This document shows, piece after piece, positions 9,876 to 18,301 of a stretch of DNA of 64,000 nt; positions within the stretch are counted from its first letter, which is position 1, and each line of letters begins with the position of its first letter. Made by a program: the position numbers and the translations under genes. Source of the stretch: a virus (taxonomy: Duplodnaviria > Caudoviricetes); the IMG/VR virus record IMGVR_UViG_3300010163_000006, positions 1-64,000 of that record. One strand, 5' to 3'. The notes beneath the pieces were generated by a model. It saw nothing but the letters and a program-made list of their open reading frames with translations. It was not told the DNA's origin and did no database searches.

Positions 9876-10006
9876 ATCATCAACCCTTTCTTTAATCGGA
9901 GTATCATTCAGTCGAATGCATATAAATGATATATGTATATAAAATAAATTTACATATATGACTTATGTGTATTCGCACATAAAATTTAGAAAAGGAGAAT
10001 AAACAA

Positions 10007-11869
10007 ATGGCTGATAATATGAACATTGACCCTTTGGAGGCACTTATATCCCAGCACAAGGCTGCTGCTGGGATCGAACAATCTCCGCCTAAGATTACAA
10101 CACCGACAAAAGAAACCCCTGATGAACTTGGAGATGGTCTCATGATTAATCCGAGCGATTCCGAGGGGAAAGAGGTAGCCGATCCGGCTTTGGAACCCAC
10201 CTTTGATTACGGCGACAATGATATCGACGAAGAGATTGCAAATGAAGACACTGCACGTCAGGAAGCTCGTGAAGTTGCAGCAAAGGAAATTGCTGAGAAG
10301 AAAGACGACAAACCCAACGTATTCATGCCGCCCGACGAACATGATATGAAATATCATGATGATGCAATCTCGTACCAGGGAGAAAAGCTTAATATCGTAT
10401 CTGGTATGGTAAACAGGGTGGTTGCTAAATACCGTATTATTTCGGGCGGAATTCCGAATGAACCTATACCTAATCTCGGTGTCATTGGTAAGATGGCTGT
10501 AATGGGAGAACTCGTTGATATGTATCACAGAGACGGTGATAAGATATCTCATGAGTTCGAAGACATGATCCTCAGGAACTGGGTAATGCCTGATGGATCT
10601 CTCGCTATTAACAACATAAACACACAGGGCATTGTTATTGATAAAACCATGATGGCTCCCGCGACAACGGCACCTAAAAATGACAAGGATGTAGATGATG
10701 GCAAAACCGAGAAAGCAGAGGCACCGACAATCAATATTACTGTTGAGAAGAATACTCCTGTAACTGTTAACGTTGACGAATCTATTGTTGCCCAAACAGC
10801 AACAACGAATGAAGTCAATATTATAGTAAAGGAAGTATCTGAAGATGAACTGCTGAAATCCCTCATCGTTGAAAACAGTGAACAGCCTGGAATAATTAAA
10901 CCATATGATCCTGGTATCAATGATGTACCGATAACACTTCCTCTTTCTGGATATCGTTGCGTCATGAGAGGAATCAACTGGGCAGACTTCATCAAGCTTA
11001 CTGCTCCGTCATCTAACAATAGTTCTGACGCTGAGATCAAGAAGTGGTCTGTTATCTATGAGCATATCAAGAATCCTTCTATCGGTGAATTCAAGGACTT
11101 CGATGACTTCCTGAAGAAGACTAAGTATCAGGATCGTGAGCTCCTTATGTGGGCTATCCTGGTTGCGACTGCGGATGACGAAGAGACACTATCTATCAAG
11201 TGTGGTAATAAGAACTGTGGAAAACAGATCAAGATCACATATAGTCCCCGCACTATCACACATATTGATCCTGAGCGTAATCCTTCCTGGTATTTTGCTG
11301 CACACAACGCCGCTGTTGGCGAAGATGCAATAAAGGTTTGGAAAACAGCAAGCTGTAAAAGAAAGAGATATAAGTTGCCTCATACTGGTATCATTGTTGA
11401 AATCAATGAACCTTCGGCTTATGAATTTATCACACAGAAGCTGCCGCTCATCAACGAGATTCATGACAGATTCTATCCCGACAGAGATATCACAGAATCC
11501 AATCTCAGTGATGCAGAAATGGCTGAATTCGATTACCTCACTGCAAATGCGTTGTTCATTTCTGCAATGTCAATCGTGGTAAATGAGAACGGAGGCAAAC
11601 CCAAGGAGTATCGATTCACCAACTGGAATCAGATTGAGGAGATCATTACTAAATCTCTTGATGCATATGACTCAGGCCTCCTTATCAAACTGATTGAGAA
11701 GGTTAGGACGAATGTATCTCCTATCTCATTCCGTGTCGAAAACATCAACTGTCCTTCATGCGGAAGACACGAAGATTACATCCCGATCACTGATATCGGA
11801 AGTACATTACTTTTCCAAGTATCTCGACGACTCAGCAATACTCAGATAAACTTGATCGAGATGGATTAG
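10007..11869 (+). CDS. Baseplate hub / tail assembly chaperone (T4 gp26/gp51-like) with long acidic N-terminal extension
   Basis: ITLPLSG and YKLPHTG repeats, CGNKNCG and C-terminal CPSCG zinc knuckles; followed by a small partner ORF. Confidence 0.5.
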   Translation: MADNMNIDPLEALISQHKAAAGIEQSPPKITTPTKETPDELGDGLMINPSDSEGKEVADPALEPTFDYGDNDIDEEIANEDTARQEAREVAAKEIAEKKDDKPNVFMPPDEHDMKYHDDAISYQGEKLNIVSGMVNRVVAKYRIISGGIPNEPIPNLGVIGKMAVMGELVDMYHRDGDKISHEFEDMILRNWVMPDGSLAINNINTQGIVIDKTMMAPATTAPKNDKDVDDGKTEKAEAPTINITVEKNTPVTVNVDESIVAQTATTNEVNIIVKEVSEDELLKSLIVENSEQPGIIKPYDPGINDVPITLPLSGYRCVMRGINWADFIKLTAPSSNNSSDAEIKKWSVIYEHIKNPSIGEFKDFDDFLKKTKYQDRELLMWAILVATADDEETLSIKCGNKNCGKQIKITYSPRTITHIDPERNPSWYFAAHNAAVGEDAIKVWKTASCKRKRYKLPHTGIIVEINEPSAYEFITQKLPLINEIHDRFYPDRDITESNLSDAEMAEFDYLTANALFISAMSIVVNENGGKPKEYRFTNWNQIEEIITKSLDAYDSGLLIKLIEKVRTNVSPISFRVENINCPSCGRHEDYIPITDIGSTLLFQVSRRLSNTQINLIEMD

Positions 11870-11889
11870 AAATCATCCAGACCGGTTTA

Positions 11890-12126
11890 TTGTTAGGGAA
11901 AATAATTCCCATGAATATGCTCGTGCAAATGCCGCTTCACTTTGTGCGACGTCTTCGAGAAATAAGAATGAAACAGGTCGAGGAAGCGAATAAACAACAA
12001 GAGCAGCAGATGCAACAAATGAATGCAAAGACTAACGGTACAAACCGTATACCAATGCCAGTTGGTACTAATGCTGCTATGTTTGGCGGGGCGTCGTTGG
12101 ATGATATCATAGATGAACTTACCTAA
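11890..12126 (+). CDS. Small tail/baseplate chaperone partner; possibly the -1 frameshift extension of the upstream gene
   Basis: MP-x-helix pattern (QMPLHFVRRLREIRMKQVEE); no clear RBS; frame open from 11794. Confidence 0.5.
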   Translation: MLGKIIPMNMLVQMPLHFVRRLREIRMKQVEEANKQQEQQMQQMNAKTNGTNRIPMPVGTNAAMFGGASLDDIIDELT

Positions 12127-12159
12127 ATACATATTCTAATTGTAAAGAGGTGAGTTATA

Positions 12160-12294
12160 ATGGAAGAGACGTCTATTACTTTTACCCAATTAGACAACTA
12201 TATCTGTTGGGTTATTCAAACCAATGGATTGGCTTATGTCATAGAGAATTATAGGGCATTGAGAGAACATTTCTACTATATGAGAGCGACATGA
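12160..12294 (+). CDS. Small hypothetical protein (44 aa), not in the ORF track
   Basis: GAGGTGA RBS, ATG 12160, MEETSITFTQLDNYICW...YMRAT then TGA. Confidence 0.5.
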   Translation: MEETSITFTQLDNYICWVIQTNGLAYVIENYRALREHFYYMRAT

Positions 12295-12321
12295 GCCAGT
12301 CCTATTTTAGGAGGCTTACGA

Positions 12322-13137
12322 ATGATAAAGATTCCTCGTGACAAACTCAGCGAGTTCAGGAAAATCTTCAATAAACATAAAGCAAATATTTCCGCGTGTA
12401 ACATTCTCTTTCATACAATGAGAATGTTAAATGGAAAACATGAACTCATCGACAGAAAAACTTACGAAGATAATTTTCTCAACGCGTTGAGTGATATTGA
12501 ATTGATAACACCACCGATGGATGCATTCGTCCCCACAGCTGGGGAAAACGGGAAGATGTTCGTCATAAACCAACTATCTGCAGAATATATGGAGATTTCA
12601 AAGCGTATGCCTATTTCGTTGATTGAACATGCATTTGGACCAACAAATGCATTGGTGGTTCTTTTAAAGGCCCATCCCTCTGAAATCGAAAAGGTTCATG
12701 ATGATCTGTTTCTGTATTTCTGCTTGTTCAAATATCTTGACCAGATAGACATTGCTCGTTTAGATAATTTCTCGAACTATAATCCTATCACGGAATATAT
12801 TATAAACAATATCTCATTAAAGGATTGGAAATCATACATGGTTTCTAAACGGACAAATGAAGAGAAATACGCAAAGAAATGTGAAGATCTGTTGTTTAAT
12901 CCAGATATTGCAGCAACACACAAATTTTACCTGAATCCTAAAGATGATGAAATACCAAAGATTGATGTTGTAAATCTTATGATGAGACTTGTTTCAAACA
13001 CAGTCGTCAAAGATGACATAATCATAGTACTTGGTGTTTATATGATCATCACCGCTGCTATGATAGATTTTAATAATGAGAAGGTATCTGATTCTCCATG
13101 TATCAGATATGTTAAAGATGTTTTATCGCAACTTTAA
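12322..13137 (+). CDS. Hypothetical protein
   Basis: AGGAGG RBS; 271-aa ORF. Confidence 0.7.
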   Translation: MIKIPRDKLSEFRKIFNKHKANISACNILFHTMRMLNGKHELIDRKTYEDNFLNALSDIELITPPMDAFVPTAGENGKMFVINQLSAEYMEISKRMPISLIEHAFGPTNALVVLLKAHPSEIEKVHDDLFLYFCLFKYLDQIDIARLDNFSNYNPITEYIINNISLKDWKSYMVSKRTNEEKYAKKCEDLLFNPDIAATHKFYLNPKDDEIPKIDVVNLMMRLVSNTVVKDDIIIVLGVYMIITAAMIDFNNEKVSDSPCIRYVKDVLSQL

Positions 13138-13200
13138 ACATATATGATTTCTTCGAAAGGAGGATCTATTGTCAAAAATCTAAAATAGGAGATTGATACG

Positions 13201-15450
13201 ATGGAACAGAAAGAAACAAAAAACAAAATGCGCCGTCGCGGTACAATGAACAGTGCATCGGAGATTGAGAAACGATGTCAAGAAGTCACCCCGATGTCAC
13301 TGTTTGGTGCATCCGCTTTGGCGTTCCCAGACAAAATATCAACTGTTCGTGGTGTCATGGCAACACGTCATACATCACAAAGAGTTGTACTGACTAATCC
13401 TGAATTTCCAAGAGTCTATACCGGTGCAGAAAATGAATTCGGCGACAGATCATCTTGGAATATCAAGGCAAAAGATGACTATCAGCTCGTACGCACATTC
13501 AGAAAGTTCAAGGATTCAACAATATCCCCTGTTGCGTATATATTCAAGAACTTACGTACCGGCAAGTATAGTTGCGAGGTTGTGAAACCTGCTCATCACC
13601 TGGTTGAGAAATATGGATTCCGGATGAATAATGCAATCAATGGTAAGTATAATGACGGTGATATTCTGCCTAAGGGTACCACGATTGCACAATCATCATC
13701 ATATGTAAATGACAACTACTGTGGTGGAAGGAACATTCGATTCGTTTATACCGTACTACCTCAGCTGACAGAAGATGCGCTTGTTATATCTGATTGGGCT
13801 GCTAAACAGCTTGAATACGATATGGTGGACATAGTTACTGTCAACATCAAACAGAGTTCCTTCCTATTGAATAAGTATGGTGATGCAACACTGTACAAAC
13901 CTTTCCCGAACATCGGAGAGGAGATTCAGAATAATATTCTGTGTTCTATCCGTGAGAACTCATATCTTTCATCAACATCAGAAGTATTGATACCTCATAT
14001 CAATGATACCAACTACTGTTCGAATGGAATAGTCGTTGATATGGATATCTTCTCGAATGTTGATGTTGAGAATGATCAGTATAATTATTATCTCGGACAG
14101 ATACGTGATTGGTATTCAGACATCTATGCGTTTATATCAACAATCGTTGATGATCCTTACCAGGATGACACGTCACTGTTGGATATCTATCACCAAGCGG
14201 AGAAGTATCTTAATTCATCAAGATGGGCAACAAAGGAAGATATCGTTGATACGGTCATCAAGTTTACGGTTCTCCAACATAAGGGAATTCATGTTGGACA
14301 AAAGCTTGTTGGTCGTTATGGTAACAAATCCGTTGTTGCTCAAATCATTCCACGACATCTTATGCCAAGAACAACTGATGGTAGACCGATAGATATGTTG
14401 GCAAATGGATTGGCTATTCCTAACAGAATCATTTCGTTTGCCACATATGAATCTTCGATGACATTCATGATGGAACGCATGTGGTTCCATATTCTTGGCA
14501 TGCACAAGAAAAACGAAAACCGAGATACCATAATGAATTTGGCCGTTGAATTCGTTGGAACATTCACTCCTGAACAGGGTGAAGAGTTGAGAAGGGTATA
14601 TAATATGGATCCTGATAAGACCTATAACGATCTCATCAATAACGGATTCTATATCCAGATCCAACCGTTGAATGAAAAATGTGTTCGTGATTCTCTCATC
14701 GAGTGCTATGAGAAGTGGCCTGAGATTATGGAGTATTATGAGATCGAAACAAAGCTTCGTCATCGTTGGGTTAAATTGGACGACAAATACCCTGTAGGCT
14801 ATCAGTACACATGGGTTCTCAAACAGGAACCTTCAAAGGCTATGTCAACCGTTGCAACTGGTAGGACCACCTTGTATGATAGACCTGTTAAGACTCGTCG
14901 TTACAACAAGAATCTCATACCTTATTCGGACAACCCAATCAAGTATGGTGAATATGATACCTATAACTTCCTTGCTGGAATGGGTGTCAAAGCGTTTGCT
15001 AAGATTTCGACGTACTTCAGAGGATCTCAGTATGAAGACAACTCTGTGCTCATGAGTCATCTTAATGGTATCCCGATTGATCCGGAGAAATACAACCAAT
15101 TCCCACAACTTGATAACCTGAAGAACATAATGAAGCTTATGGGTGCTCAACTTTCAGAAGACATTTATTGGTATGATACTATCGGAAACGTTGATGAAAT
15201 CCAAGATGTCAAAATCGGAAATGTGGATGTCTCCATTTCTATACCGGAGCTCCGCTATATGCTGATCATGCATTCGTACTATTTACAGTACACAGCATAT
15301 ATCAATGGAACATTTGACATGGAGGAGTTCTTTGATAAGATGAGCAAAACCAATGTCTTCCAAGGTTTGGATAAAGAGTATGTCCATTATCTCTTCGGAC
15401 GGTTCTCAGAACTTCTTCCTGTGTTACAACAGCGAAAGCAATATCACTAA
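13201..15450 (+). CDS. Phage multisubunit RNA polymerase beta subunit, C-terminal part (likely non-virion RNAP)
   Basis: RGVMATRHTSQ, TEDALVIS, GQKLVGRYGNKSVV, NGLAIPNRI and IKYGEYD match beta conserved regions; early-type motif at 13136-13149. Confidence 0.9.
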   Translation: MEQKETKNKMRRRGTMNSASEIEKRCQEVTPMSLFGASALAFPDKISTVRGVMATRHTSQRVVLTNPEFPRVYTGAENEFGDRSSWNIKAKDDYQLVRTFRKFKDSTISPVAYIFKNLRTGKYSCEVVKPAHHLVEKYGFRMNNAINGKYNDGDILPKGTTIAQSSSYVNDNYCGGRNIRFVYTVLPQLTEDALVISDWAAKQLEYDMVDIVTVNIKQSSFLLNKYGDATLYKPFPNIGEEIQNNILCSIRENSYLSSTSEVLIPHINDTNYCSNGIVVDMDIFSNVDVENDQYNYYLGQIRDWYSDIYAFISTIVDDPYQDDTSLLDIYHQAEKYLNSSRWATKEDIVDTVIKFTVLQHKGIHVGQKLVGRYGNKSVVAQIIPRHLMPRTTDGRPIDMLANGLAIPNRIISFATYESSMTFMMERMWFHILGMHKKNENRDTIMNLAVEFVGTFTPEQGEELRRVYNMDPDKTYNDLINNGFYIQIQPLNEKCVRDSLIECYEKWPEIMEYYEIETKLRHRWVKLDDKYPVGYQYTWVLKQEPSKAMSTVATGRTTLYDRPVKTRRYNKNLIPYSDNPIKYGEYDTYNFLAGMGVKAFAKISTYFRGSQYEDNSVLMSHLNGIPIDPEKYNQFPQLDNLKNIMKLMGAQLSEDIYWYDTIGNVDEIQDVKIGNVDVSISIPELRYMLIMHSYYLQYTAYINGTFDMEEFFDKMSKTNVFQGLDKEYVHYLFGRFSELLPVLQQRKQYH

Positions 15451-15467
15451 TGTGAATACAATAAATA

Positions 15468-15493
15468 ATCATGGGGACATATGTCCCCATGAT
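15468..15493 (+). terminator. Terminator, perfect CATATG-centred palindrome
   Basis: ATCATGGGGACATATGTCCCCATGAT followed by a T-tract. Confidence 0.75.
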
Positions 15494-15563
15494 ATTATTT
15501 TTTTTTCATTCCCATTACAACAAGAACCGCCTCATAATCCCATAAACAAGGAGGTTTTCAGAA

Positions 15564-17717
15564 ATGTCTAACATCGTCAGAATAGATGATGAGAACGGCA
15601 ATCCAAGGTTCTATGATTTTGCGACGAAGAATAGTTCTTTTCTCTTGACAGCAAAAGAGTTAAAAGAACTTGGGATAAAGAATTGGTATTTCATGTTGGA
15701 AGTAAAATTCCCAAATCTTGGTGTTCAAGATATTGATCCTTATGATCCGAATATATCACCGGAAAACATTGGAAGAATCCATGTTGAATGTAAAAACAAT
15801 CCGTGGTTCTTCTTCAGAGAAGTAACACGTATTCCTATACGTGGTGCTGGTACAGTCCAATTGGAATTACAACGTGCTGCATGTGCTGCCATATGGTGTT
15901 TCATACATAGTATCGATTTTGAATTGGTTCAACCAAGACAGACTCATAAGACTACTGTACTGACGGCCATAATGTCATATATGGTATTATATGAATATAG
16001 AAACGTCGATATCCCGTATATGCACAAAACCGAAAGAAGATGTACGGATAACGTTGGTCTATTGAGAGACTATATCATGGCATTACCAAAGTACATGAAT
16101 CCATGGGCTGATGCAAAACATCCTCCCGGATTGCAGTCATTGAAATATGAGGGTCATAATGTAAGTATTGCAGTTGTAAGTGCAGCTAAATCAGAAACAG
16201 TTGCTACCGACAAATCTCGTGGATTCTCATTGTTCACATGGTTTGTTGATGAGGCAGAGTTCATCCCATTCATGAAAGCTGTGATTGATGGTGCTAACCC
16301 GACAATTGTTCAAGCACGTTTAACTGCAAAAAAAAATGGTATTCGTGCATGCATGATGTATGCATCGACTCCTGGAGACTTGGAGACAGATGCCGGTAAG
16401 GAATTTCAAAAAATTATTGATAATCTCACTGTGTTCAAAGAGTCATTGTATGATAAAACAGACGCAGAATTAGCAGCAATGAAAACTGTTTCTAAAGATG
16501 ACCCAAATCAAGTACCTCTTACAATGGTTTATATAGAATTCAACCATATCCAGCTCAGGAAAGATGGAGACTGGTTGCGTGCTCAGTATTTTGAAGCAGT
16601 TGCTAAGAGTACTCTTGGTGAGTATCGTCGAGGCGTTTTGTTACAAAGATTCCGTGGTGGTGAAGGAGCATTCTTCCGTCAAGAAGATATCGACTTCATT
16701 CAACAACACATACGTGAACCCGACTATGATATTCGTCTATTAAACAAATACCATATGTACGTTTACAAACACAATATCCGAGTGCCTGATTTGACTTCTA
16801 ATACACCATACTTCGATATGGACGTTCCATATCTGATTGCTATTGACTGTGCTACAGGTAAAGATGGTGATAATACTGCAATATGTGTTGTTCATCCATA
16901 TACATTAGAAGTGGTTGCTGAATTCCTTTCTCCTTTAATAGGAATACTTGATTTGATGAGAGTTGTTACTGTACTCGCCCAGATGTTACCACGTGCATTA
17001 TTCTGTATTGAATCAAATATGACTGGTGTTGACATAATCGATTTTGTTCAAGAATCTCAATTGGAGAATAGATTCTATCATGATTCTCGTGCTACTGAAT
17101 TAACCAAGAATATTACAGAGCAAAGAGCAGACGAATTCCAGATGAGACAACGTGCTCGTGCGAAGAGATATTTTGGAACTTATCTTGGACCAGAAACAAG
17201 AAAACAAATGTTCAATCTTCTTCGTAACATGTTAAAAGATTATCGTCATCTTATATATACTAAATATCTTGTAAAAGATATTTGTAATCTCGTTGAAGGA
17301 AAGAATGGTAAAATAGCTGCAGCTTCAGGTGAACATGATGACCTTGTTATTGCATACTTACATGCATTATATGTATTAAATTATGGATATGAACTGGGTC
17401 GTTTTGGTATTGATAAAACGAAATGTACATATTCAAAAGCTGCTGACATATTAAAACAGTATGAGGAGGCAGTTGGTGCTTCTACCGTTGACAATAGTAT
17501 TATTGCGTATGAGAATCCGGGGTCATACGAAGCTCAACTATTTAATGACCTCACGCGTCAAATACAAAAAGAATATGATGCTGTTGGTGGGTATGATGAA
17601 TATGGATATAGGTATAATCAATATAATCAATATGGAAATATGGATCAATCAACGGTTGTTCAATCTTCTGTGGATGATTTAGCATTCTTCCGTGACGTAA
17701 ATAACTTCGGAGTATAA
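15564..17717 (+). CDS. terL: Terminase large subunit
   Basis: Walker A-like PRQTHKTT, Walker B FVDEAEF, ASTP coupling motif, nuclease motifs AIDCATG and HDDLVIA. Confidence 0.88.
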   Translation: MSNIVRIDDENGNPRFYDFATKNSSFLLTAKELKELGIKNWYFMLEVKFPNLGVQDIDPYDPNISPENIGRIHVECKNNPWFFFREVTRIPIRGAGTVQLELQRAACAAIWCFIHSIDFELVQPRQTHKTTVLTAIMSYMVLYEYRNVDIPYMHKTERRCTDNVGLLRDYIMALPKYMNPWADAKHPPGLQSLKYEGHNVSIAVVSAAKSETVATDKSRGFSLFTWFVDEAEFIPFMKAVIDGANPTIVQARLTAKKNGIRACMMYASTPGDLETDAGKEFQKIIDNLTVFKESLYDKTDAELAAMKTVSKDDPNQVPLTMVYIEFNHIQLRKDGDWLRAQYFEAVAKSTLGEYRRGVLLQRFRGGEGAFFRQEDIDFIQQHIREPDYDIRLLNKYHMYVYKHNIRVPDLTSNTPYFDMDVPYLIAIDCATGKDGDNTAICVVHPYTLEVVAEFLSPLIGILDLMRVVTVLAQMLPRALFCIESNMTGVDIIDFVQESQLENRFYHDSRATELTKNITEQRADEFQMRQRARAKRYFGTYLGPETRKQMFNLLRNMLKDYRHLIYTKYLVKDICNLVEGKNGKIAAASGEHDDLVIAYLHALYVLNYGYELGRFGIDKTKCTYSKAADILKQYEEAVGASTVDNSIIAYENPGSYEAQLFNDLTRQIQKEYDAVGGYDEYGYRYNQYNQYGNMDQSTVVQSSVDDLAFFRDVNNFGV

Positions 17718-17723
17718 AAAAAA

Positions 17724-17748
17724 ATAGCCGGGCATTGCGCCCGGCTAT
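17724..17748. terminator. Terminator hairpin between convergent genes
   Basis: ATAGCCGGGC-ATTGC-GCCCGGCTAT preceded by an A-tract. Confidence 0.75.
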
Positions 17749-17772
17749 CATCTTCGCATAAGTATTCTCCTT

Positions 17773-18075
17773 TCACTGAGCTTCGTTGCATTTAGCAATT
17801 TCATTGGCTATAGCTGCCAACAAATTGTCTGTGTGGTCATATTCGTTTCGGGACTCTTCGATCTTCTTGATGATGTCTTCCGGCTCGTCAAGTACATAAA
17901 CGCAGGACATACCACTACCCAGGACAACCTTTGTTCTGCCAACTGCTTCCTGAACGAAAGCGGATATGGAATTGATATTAACAAAAACATCAGTTGTTGA
18001 TGTATCGATTCTTTTATCCGGATCATAATTGCGGGTGTCATCCTGGCGAGTCTTAAGTGTGATAAAGTTTTTCAT
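17773..18075 (-). CDS. Small hypothetical early protein (FlbD-like pattern VFVNINSIS...V.E.PEDIIKKI)
   Basis: Expressed from the duplicated leader cassette; the family resemblance is by eye only. Confidence 0.6.
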   Translation of the reverse strand: MKNFITLKTRQDDTRNYDPDKRIDTSTTDVFVNINSISAFVQEAVGRTKVVLGSGMSCVYVLDEPEDIIKKIEESRNEYDHTDNLLAAIANEIAKCNEAQ

Positions 18076-18119
18076 AATAATCTCCAGCTCGTTAACCGCA
18101 TCGAGCCACAGCGGTAATT
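18068..18119 (-). repeat. Conserved 52-nt 5' leader/RBS, copy 2
   Basis: Exact reverse complement of 63-114. Confidence 0.9.
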
Positions 18120-18151
18120 GTTTTGAATAATCTGAAAGTGTTATCTTTCTT

Positions 18152-18186
18152 TTTATTCACTATAATAATATATATTTGAAGAATTA
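18152..18186 (-). promoter_or_regulatory. Putative early promoter, copy 2
   Basis: Exact reverse complement of 1-35. Confidence 0.7.
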
Positions 18187-18240
18187 AAATAATAGGAATT
18201 GTAGCATAAATAATAAGGTAGCATAGAAAAATGGACAGTG

Positions 18241-18264
18241 GAACCGGGGCATATGCCCCGGTTC
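18241..18264. terminator. Perfect CATATG-centred palindrome / terminator for the helicase operon
   Basis: GAACCGGGGCATATGCCCCGGTTC. Confidence 0.65.
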
Positions 18265-18301
18265 ATGTCATATATTTAGGAGGAAATAAAATGAGAAGAT
18301 G

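Noticed and set aside
9986-11040. Long antisense ORFs (269 aa, 163 aa) and similar shadow ORFs throughout the track
   Set aside because: They lie opposite well-supported genes, lack RBSs and have no recognisable motifs
598-15450. Bacterial rpoB/rpoC assignment
   Set aside because: Subunits are split, highly divergent and interspersed with virion genes; they are phage RNAPs, so host gene symbols were not used
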